From: Thermoanaerobaculia bacterium
GTDB taxonomy: Bacteria; Acidobacteriota; Thermoanaerobaculia; UBA5066
Direction of reading: 5' to 3'
DNA: 64,000 nt
Assembly (NCBI GenBank): GCA_963809425.1
Contig: CAWEJK010000002.1
Span: 193,254-257,253 of the forward strand
The number at the start of each line of letters is the position of its first letter. The stretch's first letter is position 1. The position numbers and the translations under genes were made by a program. Of the stretch, positions 45,966 through 55,490 are shown piece by piece. The notes below the pieces were generated by a model. It was not told where the DNA came from, made no database searches, and saw nothing but the letters and a program-made list of their open reading frames with translations.

Positions 45966-46842
45966 TCATTCGACGTTCTGGACCTGTTCCTTGAATGCTT
46001 CGAGATCGGATTTCAGGTCGAGGACGATCCGTGTGGCGCCCGTTTCCCGGACCTTGGATCCCGAGGTATTCACCTCGCGGTGAATCTCCTGCACGAGATG
46101 GTCGAGGCGGCGGCCGACGGGCCCACCAGCGGCGAGAAGGCGCCGCAGCTCGACGAGGTGCGTCTTGAGGCGGTCGATCTCTTCGGTGATGTCGGCGCGA
46201 TCGGCGAGGAGGGCGACCTCCTGGACGAGCCGGGCCTCGTCGAGCGCCACCCCCGCCGCCAGCTTCGCGATGCGCTCGCGAAGGGCGACGGCTATGCGCT
46301 CGGAGATGCCCGTCCGAGCCACGTCGAGCGACGCCACCCCTTTGTCGATTCGCTCCAGGATTTCTTTGAAGGTGAGAGAGAGAGCGGCCCCCTCGCGCGC
46401 CCGTGCGGCGTCGAAGTCCTGGAGCGCCTGTTCGACGAGCGAGACAAGAGACTCCTCGAATGTGGTATCGGGCGCGGCGCCGGCGTCGTCCGTCGCACGC
46501 ACGACCCCCGGCAGCGCGAGAAGGTCCCTTGCGGAGAGATCCGCCGGTAATCCCCTTTTCGAAGAATCCTCTCTCCATTCCCTCGCGTAATTTTCCGCCG
46601 CTTCCATGTCGATGCGGGCCGTTCCCGAGGCGCCCGCGGGCTCGCGTGGTCCGGATCAGGACGTCGACGTGCCCGCGCGCCACGACCTTCCCCACGGCCC
46701 GGCGGACGGCCGGCTCCGAGGCGGCGTATTCGTCGCGCAGCTTGATGGCCACGTCGAGGAATCGGTGGTTCACGCCGCGGATGACGACCGAGACGTCCGT
46801 CCCGTCGGGAAGTGTCGCCGCCGCGCGGCCGAATCCGGTCAT
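45966..46842 (-). CDS. YicC-family stress-induced protein, frame broken between 46610 and 46655
   Basis: N-terminus MTGFGRAAATLPDGTDVSVVIRGVNHRFLDVAIKL is in the frame of listed ORF 45952..48933. The C-terminal DUF1732 part (ITEEIDRLKTHL...EIHREVNTSGSK) is in listed ORF 45966..46607. Length 877 nt = 3n+1. Confidence 0.8.
46358..46582. repeat. Element-like F and R arms inside yicC (wide spacing)
   Basis: GGATTTCTTTGAAGGTGAGAGAGAGAGCGG (46358-46387) and CCCCTTTTCGAAGAATCCTCTCTCCATTCCC (46552-46582). Confidence 0.45.
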
Positions 46843-46847
46843 CGATT

Positions 46848-48752
46848 TCACGGTGCGTTGCTCCCCGCCTCCGGCGCGCCGCCCGGCGCTTCGAAAACCT
46901 GGAGGTCGTGAAGGCGACGATACATCCCCCCGGCCGCGAGCAGGTCCGCGTGCCGCCCGCGCTCCACGATCCGGCCGGCGTCGAGGACGACGAGCTGGTC
47001 GGCGCGGCGGACGGTGGAGAGCCGGTGCGCGATGACGAGGACGGTGCGCCCCGCCATCAGGCGTTCGAGGGCTTCCTGCACGGCGCGCTCGCTCTCGGCA
47101 TCGAGCGCCGACGTCGCTTCGTCGAGGACGAGGATCGGCGCGTTCTTGAGGAGAGCGCGCGCGATCGCGAGCCGCTGTCGCTGACCGCCCGAAAGGCGGG
47201 CGCCGGCCTCGCCCACCCGCGCGTCGATTCCTTCGGGGAGCGCGTCCACGAAGGAGAGCGCGTTCGCCGCCGAGAGGGCGGCGCGCACGTCGCCGTCCGA
47301 CGCGCCGGGGCGGCCGTAGGCCACGTTGCGCCGGATGCTTTCGTCGAAGAGGACCGTCTCCTGCGTCACGAGGCCGATCTGCGCGCGCAGGGAAGCGAGC
47401 GTCGCTCCCCGGATGTCCGTCCCGTCCACGAGCACGCGGCCGGCCGTCGGATCCATGAAGCGCGGCAGGAGGCTCACGAGCGTGGACTTGCCGCCGCCGG
47501 ACGGCCCGACGAGAGCCGTCACCGATCCGCGCGGGAGAACGAGGTCGACGTCCACGAGGACGCGGAGCCCGCCGCCATAGGAGAACGACACGTTCTCGAA
47601 GCGAATCTCCCGTCCGAACGGGCCGAGCGGCCGCGCCGCGGGCGCGTCGGCGACGTCGTTCGGGGCGTCGAGCACCTCGAAGAGGCGGCGTGCCGAGGCG
47701 AGCGCCTGCTGGAGCGCCAGGTTCGTCCGGGTCGCCCGCTTGAACGGCTGATACATCATCGCGAGTCCGACGCCGTACGAGATGAACGTGCCGAGCGTCA
47801 TCTTCCCCGCCGCGATCCGCGTCGTCGCGTACGCGAGGAGAAGGAGGAACGCGAGGACGGAGGCCGTTTCGACGAGGGGCGACGCGAACGCCATGACGCG
47901 CGCGCCCTTGCGCGCGAGGCGGAACGTCCGCTCGTTCACCTCCGAGAAGCGCTCGCTCTCCCACTCTTCGGCCTCGTAGGCCTGGACGACGCGGGCCCCG
48001 CGAATCGTCTCCGACAGGACGCCCGTGAGGTCGCCCATGCGTTCCCGCGCCGCGCGCGAGAGGACGCGCAGGCGCTTCGCGATGAGGACGACCGGGACCA
48101 CGATCGCGGGAGTGATGAGGAGAGCGACGAGCGTGAGCTGCGGGGAGAGCGAGACGACGACGACGGCGAGAACCGCGAGCGTCGCGAGCGACTGGACGAG
48201 GTCGGCGAGGTCGGTTCCGAAAAGGCTCTGGATGCGGTCGACGTCGCCCGTGACGCGCGCGATGAGGTCTCCGGATGGGTTCCGGGCGAGGAAAGCCCCC
48301 GACTGGCCGAGGATCTTCTCGTAGAGCGTCTTCCGGAGGTCGCGGACGAAGGCGAGTCCGACGGCGTTGAACCGGTATTCGGCCACGAACGCGCAGACGT
48401 TCTTGAGCAAGAAGGCGGTGAACAGGAGGAGCGGCAGGACGAAGACGCGCGTCGCCGGCTTGACGCCGAGAGCGGACTCGAGCGACGCGAGGCCGGCGTC
48501 GAAGGCTCCGGCGATCGCGGTGCGCCGCACGACGGACTTTTCGCCCACGACGGACCCGAGGCCGGGCGTCTCGCCGGCGTGGGCCATCACCGCCGTTCGC
48601 GCCTCGGGCGTGAGAACCTGATCGAACAGCGGCCCGAAGAGGTACGTGACGAGACCCGTGAAGACGGCGACGCCGACCATCGCGAGGATCGCCGCGACCG
48701 CGGCGGCCCGGTGCGGGCGGAAGAGCACGAGGAGCCGCCGGAAGTCCCTCAC
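46848..48752 (-). CDS. msbA: ABC transporter permease/ATP-binding fusion, lipid A export MsbA-like
   Basis: GTG 48752 (GTGA overlap with the lpxB stop). 6-TM domain. Walker A GPSGGGKSTL, LSGGQRQRLAIARAL and LVLDEATSALD. Adjacent to lpxB. Confidence 0.85.
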   Translation of the reverse strand: MRDFRRLLVLFRPHRAAAVAAILAMVGVAVFTGLVTYLFGPLFDQVLTPEARTAVMAHAGETPGLGSVVGEKSVVRRTAIAGAFDAGLASLESALGVKPATRVFVLPLLLFTAFLLKNVCAFVAEYRFNAVGLAFVRDLRKTLYEKILGQSGAFLARNPSGDLIARVTGDVDRIQSLFGTDLADLVQSLATLAVLAVVVVSLSPQLTLVALLITPAIVVPVVLIAKRLRVLSRAARERMGDLTGVLSETIRGARVVQAYEAEEWESERFSEVNERTFRLARKGARVMAFASPLVETASVLAFLLLLAYATTRIAAGKMTLGTFISYGVGLAMMYQPFKRATRTNLALQQALASARRLFEVLDAPNDVADAPAARPLGPFGREIRFENVSFSYGGGLRVLVDVDLVLPRGSVTALVGPSGGGKSTLVSLLPRFMDPTAGRVLVDGTDIRGATLASLRAQIGLVTQETVLFDESIRRNVAYGRPGASDGDVRAALSAANALSFVDALPEGIDARVGEAGARLSGGQRQRLAIARALLKNAPILVLDEATSALDAESERAVQEALERLMAGRTVLVIAHRLSTVRRADQLVVLDAGRIVERGRHADLLAAGGMYRRLHDLQVFEAPGGAPEAGSNAP

Positions 48753-49906
48753 GCGCGACTCCCCGGCGGGACCGGCCGCAGAGCGGCGAGAAGCGCCTCG
48801 GCCGTCCGGCCCGGCGCGCCGGGAGGGCCCAGCTCCGCCAGGCCGCTCGCGAGCCTCGCGCGCGTCCGGGCAACCAGGTCGGGATCCTCGAGGAACGCGG
48901 CCGCCTCGGCGGCGATGCGCACCGGATTGGCATCGCCCTGCAGCAGCTCGGGCACCGCGGCGGTCCCCGATCCGTCGTCGCTCACGAGATTCGCCATCGC
49001 GACGAAAGGGACCCTCACGATCCGGCTCGCGAGCCAGAACGTCAGAGGATGCACGCGGTAGACGACGACCATGGGGACGCCCGCGAGAAGTCCTTCCACC
49101 GTCGCGGTCCCGGACGCCACGAGCACGACGTCCGCGGTCGCGAGGAGAGCGAGGTGCGGGCCCGTCACGACGCGCCACAGCGCGAGGTCCCCGCCGACCA
49201 CGTCGTGCAGGAGATCCAGCGGAATCGAGTCGGCCTGAACGACGACGATCTCGAGGTCGGGGTGACCCCCGCTGAGGCTCCGCACCGCGTCCCGCAGGAC
49301 GGGCAGGTTGCGGCGGATCTCCTCCGTGCGGGACCCCGGCATCAGGACGACGCGCCGCACGCCCGGGGCCGGCGGCTCCGCCGGGACGGCGAACTCCAGG
49401 GCGGCCCGATCGACGAGCGGGTGACCCACCCACGTGACCCGCTCACCGAGCCCACGGGCGTCCCACCAGCGCTTTTCGAAGCGGAACAGGACGAGGACCG
49501 CGCGTCCGAGGCGGGCGATCGCCTGCGCGCGGGAGCTGCGCCACGCCCACACCTGGGGCGAAACGTAGAAGACGACCGGAATCCCCGCCTTCGCCAGCCG
49601 ACGGGCGAGCGGAAGATTGAAGTCCGGAGAGTCCACGAGAACCGCGGCGTCGGCCTTCTGCGCCGCGGCTTCCTTCACGAGCGTCCGGATGAGCCGTCGC
49701 GCGAAGCGCAGCTTCGAAAGCGCCTCGACGAGGCCGACGACCGCGAGGTCCTTCTGGTGCGCGACGAGACGCATGCCCTGCTCCCGGCAGCCCTCGCCCC
49801 CGACTCCGAACGCGGCGAGAGAGGGTACCCGCTCCTTGAGTGCCGCGAGGAGAGTGCTCGCGTGCTGGTCGCCCGAAACCTCCCCGGCCACGACGAGGAG
49901 GTTCAA
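48749..49906 (-). CDS. lpxB: Lipid-A-disaccharide synthase
   Basis: NLLVVAGEVSGDQHAS and YVSPQVWAWR motifs. Probable TTG start at 49906 overlapping the upstream TGA. The upstream part of the listed ORF is Arg-rich. Confidence 0.9.
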   Translation of the reverse strand: MNLLVVAGEVSGDQHASTLLAALKERVPSLAAFGVGGEGCREQGMRLVAHQKDLAVVGLVEALSKLRFARRLIRTLVKEAAAQKADAAVLVDSPDFNLPLARRLAKAGIPVVFYVSPQVWAWRSSRAQAIARLGRAVLVLFRFEKRWWDARGLGERVTWVGHPLVDRAALEFAVPAEPPAPGVRRVVLMPGSRTEEIRRNLPVLRDAVRSLSGGHPDLEIVVVQADSIPLDLLHDVVGGDLALWRVVTGPHLALLATADVVLVASGTATVEGLLAGVPMVVVYRVHPLTFWLASRIVRVPFVAMANLVSDDGSGTAAVPELLQGDANPVRIAAEAAAFLEDPDLVARTRARLASGLAELGPPGAPGRTAEALLAALRPVPPGSRA

Positions 49907-50034
49907 CGCGACACCGCCTGAAACAGGAACCCGAGGGCGACCGCGCACCCCACGAGTCCGAGAAGGGTCTTCAGGAAGAAGCGGCACCCGTCTCTCGGAT
50001 CGTCCTTCCAGAGCAGGGCGGCGAACGCGGCCAT
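49903..50034 (-). CDS. Small hydrophobic protein (start uncertain; frame open up to 50082)
   Basis: Own translation: (VSDHFPLFVLLAAL)MAAFAALLWKDDPRDGCRFFLKTLLGLVGCAVALGFLFQAVSR. The stop overlaps the lpxB TTG. Not in the ORF track. Confidence 0.35.
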   Translation of the reverse strand: MAAFAALLWKDDPRDGCRFFLKTLLGLVGCAVALGFLFQAVSR

Positions 50035-50082
50035 GAGCGCCGCAAGGAGAACGAAGAGCGGGAAATGGTCGGAAACGAGCGC

Positions 50083-50352
50083 TCACGCGCGCCTCCCGGA
50101 AGCGCGCTCGAACACGTCGAGGACGAGGAGGAGCTGCATGATCGCGGCGACGAGGAGAAACGTGCGCCCGTATTCGTACGTGGCCGCCGACGGATTCCGG
50201 GGCTCGAGGAGAATTCCCGCGAGGGCGGTCGCGAGGACGACGGCGAAAAACGCGCCGCCGCGGGCTTTCAGGCCGAGCAGGAAATGGCCGAGCCCGGGAA
50301 GGACGGCCGAGGCGAGCACCAGGAGGGCGATCGTCCCGCCCGGGCGTTTCAC
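50083..50352 (-). CDS. Small membrane protein
   Basis: GTG 50352 (GTGA overlap with the HIT stop). Sequence VKRPGGTIALLVLASAVLPGLGHFLLGLKARGGAFFAVVLATALAGILL... has 2-3 TM segments. It is the tail of listed ORF 50083..50838. Confidence 0.5.
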   Translation of the reverse strand: MKRPGGTIALLVLASAVLPGLGHFLLGLKARGGAFFAVVLATALAGILLEPRNPSAATYEYGRTFLLVAAIMQLLLVLDVFERASGRRA

Positions 50353-50838
50353 GGACGGCGGGCGAACGCGGCGGCGAGCCTCGTTCGCGTCGCCCCGAGC
50401 TCCTCGGGAATCGTCCGCGTGGCGCCGAGGACGGTCAGGAAATTCGTGTCGCCCTCCCAGCGAGGGACGACGTGCAGATGCGCGTGGTCCGCGACGCCCG
50501 CGCCCGCGCTGCGGCCGATGTTGAGACCCTCGTTGAAGCCGTCGGGCCGATACGCTGCGGCCAGGATCTCCTCGGCGGCCGCGGCGAGGTCGAGAAGCTC
50601 GTGACGCTCCGCCGGGGTCATCGCGGAGAGCGACGCGCGGTGCGCGAAAGGAGCGATCATCAGGTGCCCGTTCGTGTACGGGTACCGGTTCAGAGCGGCG
50701 AACACCGCCTGACCCCGGTGAACGATGAGACCGTCCTCGTCCGTGCGGCCCGGAAGAGACGCAGAACAGACACCCTTTCACGGGCTCGCCGGCGCCCGTC
50801 AGGTAGGCCGCGCGCCACGGCGTGAAAAGCGACTCCAT
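50349..50838 (-). CDS. HIT-family nucleotide hydrolase/transferase, frame broken by an apparent 1-nt insertion
   Basis: N-terminus MESLFTPWRAAYLTGAGEPVKGCLFCVSS is in one frame. GRTDEDGLIVHRGQAVFAALNRYPYTNGHLMIAP...HAHLHVVPR is in another. Junction at the C3 run 50749-50751. Length 490 nt = 3n+1. Confidence 0.8.
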
Positions 50839-51233
50839 CAGCCCGGGCCGGCGCCCGGATCCCGTGTCCCCGGCACGCCGGGAGGGGCGGAGGGCGCGGA
50901 AGCTTCGGGAGTCGACTGGTTGATGAGCTCCTTCAGCTTCTTGCCCGGCTTGAAGTACGGCACCCGTTTCGGCGGCACCATGACCTTCACGCCGCTGCGC
51001 TTGGGATTCCGCGCGATCCTGGCGCCCCTCTGGCGCAGCCGAAAGCTGCCGAATCCCCGGAGCTCGATCTTCTCGCCCGACCGCAGAGAGGCGATGATGC
51101 CGTCGAACACCGAGTCGACGATGATCTCCGCCTGCTTTTTCGTCAGGTCGGTGGCGTGGGCGACCTGCTCGACGAGGTCCGCCTTCGTCGTCGTGCCATC
51201 CGCGCGGCCTACCACAGAAAGAAGACGTTCCAT
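50838..51233 (-). CDS. HU/IHF-family DNA-binding protein with Pro-rich C-terminal tail
   Basis: TKADLVEQVAHATDLTKKQAEIIVDSVFDGIIASLRSGEKIELRGFGSFRLRQRGARIARNPKSGVKVMVP-like core. Start is ATG 51233 or GTG 51215. Confidence 0.85.
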   Translation of the reverse strand: MERLLSVVGRADGTTTKADLVEQVAHATDLTKKQAEIIVDSVFDGIIASLRSGEKIELRGFGSFRLRQRGARIARNPKRSGVKVMVPPKRVPYFKPGKKLKELINQSTPEASAPSAPPGVPGTRDPGAGPG

Positions 51234-52117
51234 CCGCCCCCCACCGGTGCGCCCGACAGCAGGCGCCCCGTCCACGTCGATTCCGAAGGTCCCGTCAGGA
51301 GTTCGATGAGTCCCGGCCTCGAGGGCCGCGGATGCCAGACTTCCGCGGGCAGGGAGAGGTGCCCGAGGCGCGCGGCGCGGTCGACCGCGTCGCGGTAGTC
51401 GCCGATCTCATCGACGAGTCCGAGCGCAAGCGCCTCCTCCCCCGTCACGACGCGCCCATCCGACATGTGGGCGAGCGCATCGGGCTTCAGCCGGCCTTTG
51501 CGGCCTTCGGCCACGGCCGTCTGGAACTGCAGACGCAGCCTCTGGATGAGGTCTTCGAAATACTTCCTCTCCTCGTCCGAGAGCGGCCGGGACGGGTTGC
51601 CCGCGTCCTTCAGCGCGCCGCTCTTGAGCGTGACCGCGCGGACCTTCGCCCATTCGAGGAGATCCCCGTAGTTCATCCACTGCATGATGACGCCGATGGA
51701 TCCGGTGATCGTGCCGGGGTTCGCGACGATGTGGTCGGCCGCCACGGCGGCGTAGTACCCGCCGGAAGCGGCGACCGATTCCATCGAGACGACGACCGGC
51801 TTGCCCGTCTCCCTCTTGAAGCGGCGAATCTCGCTGAAGAGCTCCTGCGACGCGGCCACGCCGCCGCCGGGCGAGTTGATGCGCACGACCACGGCCTTCA
51901 CGCCGGGCGCCGTCTTGAACTTCGCGAGCATGTCGCGGAAGCGATCCGCGGACAGGATGATCCCCTCGATGTCGACGACACCCACGCGCCCGCCGAGGGC
52001 GAACGACGGCGCGCCGACGCCGCGCGGCGAGAACACGAGAGCGACGGCGCAGACGAGCAGCAGCAGAAACGCGAAGGCGGCGGCCGCGACGATCCAGGCG
52101 ACGGTGGAGCGCTTCAC
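51209..52117 (-). CDS. sppA: Signal peptide peptidase SppA (36K type)
   Basis: N-terminal TM segment. Contains VVVRINSPGGGVAASQE and ASGGYYAAVAADHIVANPGTITGSIGV. Confidence 0.9.
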   Translation of the reverse strand: MKRSTVAWIVAAAAFAFLLLLVCAVALVFSPRGVGAPSFALGGRVGVVDIEGIILSADRFRDMLAKFKTAPGVKAVVVRINSPGGGVAASQELFSEIRRFKRETGKPVVVSMESVAASGGYYAAVAADHIVANPGTITGSIGVIMQWMNYGDLLEWAKVRAVTLKSGALKDAGNPSRPLSDEERKYFEDLIQRLRLQFQTAVAEGRKGRLKPDALAHMSDGRVVTGEEALALGLVDEIGDYRDAVDRAARLGHLSLPAEVWHPRPSRPGLIELLTGPSESTWTGRLLSGAPVGGGWNVFFLW

Positions 52118-52155
52118 GCGGTCATTCCCCGGACGCGATCACGGCTGCGCTCCGC

Positions 52156-53874
52156 TTACTCGTGCGGGTCGGTCCCGGCCGGAACCGGCTTCTCGACCGC
52201 TTCCGCCGTGCTGTTTCCCGCCGGTTCGGCCGGCGCGTGGGGCGCGTCCCTCTCGGGCTGCTCCACGTCGCGGGACGAAAGCCCGATGCGCTGCTCGGCC
52301 GGCTCGATCCGGAGCACGCGGACGCGCACGGCGTCGCCTTCCGCATAGTGGGAAGACGGCTTCTCCCCGCGCGCAAGCGGCGTCTCGGAGACGTGCATGA
52401 GCCCTTCGAGGCCCTCGGGCAGCCGCACGAAGACGCCGAACTCGGCCACTTTCGCGACGGTGCCGTCGACGACGTCCCCGGGCTGGTGCTTCGCGGAGAA
52501 TTCTTCCCATTCGTTCGGGCGGAATTCCTTGATCGAGAGGCTGATCCGCCGGTTCTCGACGTCGATCGCGGTGAGGACCGCCTGCACTTCGTCGCCCTTC
52601 TTGAGAACCTCGGACGGGTGCTTCACGCGCCGGCCCCAGGACATGTCGCTCACGTGGATGAGGCCGTCGATTCCTTCCTCGATCTCGACGAAAGCTCCGA
52701 AGTCGGTCAGGTTGCGCACGGTGCCCTGGATGCGGTCTCCGATGTGGTACTTCTCGGCGAGCTGCTCCCAGGGGTTCGGCTCCGTGGCGCGGAGCGACAG
52801 CGACAGCCGCCGCGTCTCGGGGTTCACGTCCGCGATGACCGCCTCGATCGTGTCGCCGACGTTCAAGAGCTTGGACGGGTTCTTGACCCGTTTCGTCCAG
52901 GACATCTCGCTCACGTGGATGAGACCCTCGACGCCTTCCTCGAGCTCCACGAATGCGCCGTAATCGGTCAGGGAGACGACTTTTCCGCGCACGCGGGCTC
53001 CCACCGGGTAGTGAGCGGGCAGGTCGTGCCACGGGTCGGGCTTCAGCTGCTTCATCCCGAGGGAGATACGGCCCGTCGCCTCCTCGAAGCGAAGGACCTT
53101 CACGTCGACTTCCTGCCCCACGTGCACGGCGTCCGAAGGGTGCGCGAGGCGTCCCCACGTCATGTCCGTCACGTGCAGGAGGCCGTCGATTCCGCCCAGG
53201 TCCACGAACGCGCCGTAGTCGGTGAGGTTCTTGACGACACCCCTGAGCGTGCGGCCGTCCGCGAGAGCGTCGGACGCTTCCTTCTTCTTGACCTCGGCGA
53301 CCTCGTCGAGGATGGCTTTTCGCGACAGGACGATGTTGCCGCGCTTCTTGTCGAGCGAGACGACGCGGAACTCGAGCTCGCGACCCTTCAGGACGTCGAG
53401 GTTCTTGAGCGGGCGCGAGTCGGCGATCGACCCCGGCAGGAACGCGCGGACACCGATGTCGACCGAGAGGCCGCCCTTCACGCGCTCGAGGACGCGACCC
53501 CTGACGGACGCGTTCGTGGCGAACGCCTGCTCGACCAGGTCCCACGCCTTGCCGCGGCGGGCTTTCTCGTAGGAAAGCACGACGTAGCCGTTCGGTCCTT
53601 CGGTGCGCTCGAGCACCGCCTCGATCTCCTGCCCCGGATGGGGAAGGCGGTCGGCCGGCATGTGGTGGAATTCGGAGCGCGGAATCATCCCCTCCGACTT
53701 GTAGCCGATGTCGACGAGGATCTCGTCGGCCGTCACCTGAAGCACTCGGCCCCGGATGAGCTCACCCTCCTTGAGAGAGCGCTCGCTCTCGGCGAGAAGT
53801 CGCGCGAACTCTCCGTCCTGCGCGCCCTCATCGGCCCCCTGGCCGCCGTCGTTCTTCGGGTCCCTAGGCGACAT
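52156..53874 (-). CDS. rpsA: 30S ribosomal protein S1
   Basis: 572 aa. Six S1 repeats (G.V..LTDYGAFVEL..G.EGL.H.SE). Confidence 0.96.
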   Translation of the reverse strand: MSPRDPKNDGGQGADEGAQDGEFARLLAESERSLKEGELIRGRVLQVTADEILVDIGYKSEGMIPRSEFHHMPADRLPHPGQEIEAVLERTEGPNGYVVLSYEKARRGKAWDLVEQAFATNASVRGRVLERVKGGLSVDIGVRAFLPGSIADSRPLKNLDVLKGRELEFRVVSLDKKRGNIVLSRKAILDEVAEVKKKEASDALADGRTLRGVVKNLTDYGAFVDLGGIDGLLHVTDMTWGRLAHPSDAVHVGQEVDVKVLRFEEATGRISLGMKQLKPDPWHDLPAHYPVGARVRGKVVSLTDYGAFVELEEGVEGLIHVSEMSWTKRVKNPSKLLNVGDTIEAVIADVNPETRRLSLSLRATEPNPWEQLAEKYHIGDRIQGTVRNLTDFGAFVEIEEGIDGLIHVSDMSWGRRVKHPSEVLKKGDEVQAVLTAIDVENRRISLSIKEFRPNEWEEFSAKHQPGDVVDGTVAKVAEFGVFVRLPEGLEGLMHVSETPLARGEKPSSHYAEGDAVRVRVLRIEPAEQRIGLSSRDVEQPERDAPHAPAEPAGNSTAEAVEKPVPAGTDPHE

Positions 53875-53979
53875 GTACGCGTGCTCCTTCGCGGTTTGAT
53901 ATTGGGTCGCCTGGATCGCCTCGGGGCAAACGCTTAAGCGGCCGGAACCCTTGATGTTAGACGGGCGGGGGGAGGCCGG

Positions 53980-54666
53980 TCAACCGGGCGGCGGAACAGG
54001 CTGGCCGACGGCCGAAAGGACACGATCCACGACTTCCGTCACGGAAAGAGTCGAGGTGTCCAGCCGGACGTACGTCCCGTCGTCCGTGAGCGGCGAGTCG
54101 GCACGCGTCGCGTCCGCGTGGTCGCGCGCTACCATGTCGGCGAGCACCTGCTCGTAGGTCTGCGGCGAATTTCGCGCCGACAGCTCCGCGAACCGGCGGC
54201 GGGCCCGCACCGCGGGCGACGCCGTGAGAAAGAACTTGTGGGGGGTCTCGGGAACCACTTTTGTGCCGATGTCCCGTCCCTCGAGCACGCCGCCTCCCTC
54301 CAGGGCGAGGCTGCGCTGCATGCCGGCGAGCCGCCGCCGTACGCCCGGCACGGCGGAGACGGCCGAGGCGTATTTCGAGATGTCGGGTGTACGGATCTCC
54401 TTCGAGACGTCCTCCCCGTTCAGCCAGGTGCGCGCATCCTCGACGCTGCCGGTCACGCGGACGTCCACGCCCGAGGCGATCGCGACGACGGCCGCGTCGT
54501 CTTCGAGCGGAAGCGCGATTCCCTTGCGCTTCACGGCGAGTCCGACCGCGCGGTACATGGCGCCCGTGTCGAGGTACGGCACGCCGAGGCGGGCGGCGAG
54601 CGCCTTGCCGACCGTGGACTTCCCCACGCCCGACGGCCCGTCGATCGCGACGATGAGCGCGTTCAA
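53980..54666 (-). CDS. cmk: Cytidylate kinase
   Basis: IVAIDGPSGVGKSTVGKALAARLGVPYLDTGAMYRA. TTG 54666 overlaps the rluB stop (TTGA). The upstream part of the listed ORF is not protein-like. Confidence 0.9.
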   Translation of the reverse strand: MNALIVAIDGPSGVGKSTVGKALAARLGVPYLDTGAMYRAVGLAVKRKGIALPLEDDAAVVAIASGVDVRVTGSVEDARTWLNGEDVSKEIRTPDISKYASAVSAVPGVRRRLAGMQRSLALEGGGVLEGRDIGTKVVPETPHKFFLTASPAVRARRRFAELSARNSPQTYEQVLADMVARDHADATRADSPLTDDGTYVRLDTSTLSVTEVVDRVLSAVGQPVPPPG

Positions 54667-55490
54667 GCCCCGACTTTCGGGAGCGCGGTGGTGTTCGGCG
54701 TCCGCCGCGTCCCATGACGATCCGCCCTCGGGCGCGGCGGCGCCGGCCGGATCGCGCGCAGCGCCATGACCTCTTCGGGCGACAGGTCGCGGAAGGTGCC
54801 GGGAGGCAGCTTCGCGTCCCGGATCGGTCCGATCGCGACCCGGCGGAGCTTCGTGACGGGATGGCCGACGAGGTCGAACATGCGGCGCACCTGGCGCGAG
54901 CGCCCTTCGCCGAGCGTCACCTTGAGCCACGCGTTGCCGCCGGCACCGTGCTTCTCCGGAGTCGTTCTCTCGAGCTCGATGTCGGCGGGCGCCGTCCTCG
55001 TGCCGTCGTCGGGCAGCGTGACGCCTCTCCGAAGCCTCTCGAGCTGCGCGGGCGTCGGCACGCCGGAGACCTTGACCTCGTATTCCTTCCGGCAGCCGCC
55101 GGAGGGATGCGTGAGCTTGTGCACGAGCGGCCCGTCGTCCGTGAGGATGAGCAGCCCCTCGGACTCGACGTCGAGCCGGCCCACGGCCACGACGCGCTCG
55201 CCGACGCGTCCTTTCAGGAGCTCGAAGACGGTCGGGATGCCGCCCGGATCCTCGCGCGTGACGATGAGGCCCTTCGGCTTGTTCATGAGGATGTAACGCC
55301 GCGCGACCGCGATGCGCACGAGCTTGCCGTCCACCTTGACGTGATCCTTCGTGATGTCCGCCTTGACGCCGAGCTCCTTCACCTTGTGGCCGTTCACCGT
55401 GACCCGGCCCTCGAGGATGATCTGCTCGGCCGCGCGCCGCGAGGCGATGCCGGCGGCGGAGAGGATTTTCTGAAGTCGTTCGGCGGTCAT
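54663..55490 (-). CDS. rluB: Pseudouridine synthase, RsuA/RluB family, with S4 domain
   Basis: RLQKILSAAGIASRRAAEQIILEGRVTVNG and VAVGRLDVESEGLLILTDDG. Confidence 0.9.
   Translation of the reverse strand: MTAERLQKILSAAGIASRRAAEQIILEGRVTVNGHKVKELGVKADITKDHVKVDGKLVRIAVARRYILMNKPKGLIVTREDPGGIPTVFELLKGRVGERVVAVGRLDVESEGLLILTDDGPLVHKLTHPSGGCRKEYEVKVSGVPTPAQLERLRRGVTLPDDGTRTAPADIELERTTPEKHGAGGNAWLKVTLGEGRSRQVRRMFDLVGHPVTKLRRVAIGPIRDAKLPPGTFRDLSPEEVMALRAIRPAPPRPRADRHGTRRTPNTTALPKVGA

Noticed and set aside
53875-53979. 105-nt gap upstream of rpsA checked for a tRNA, small RNA or S1 autoregulatory leader
   Set aside because: No cloverleaf-compatible arms, repeat arms or strong hairpins are visible by eye. 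It is probably just the rpsA promoter and 5-prime UTR.
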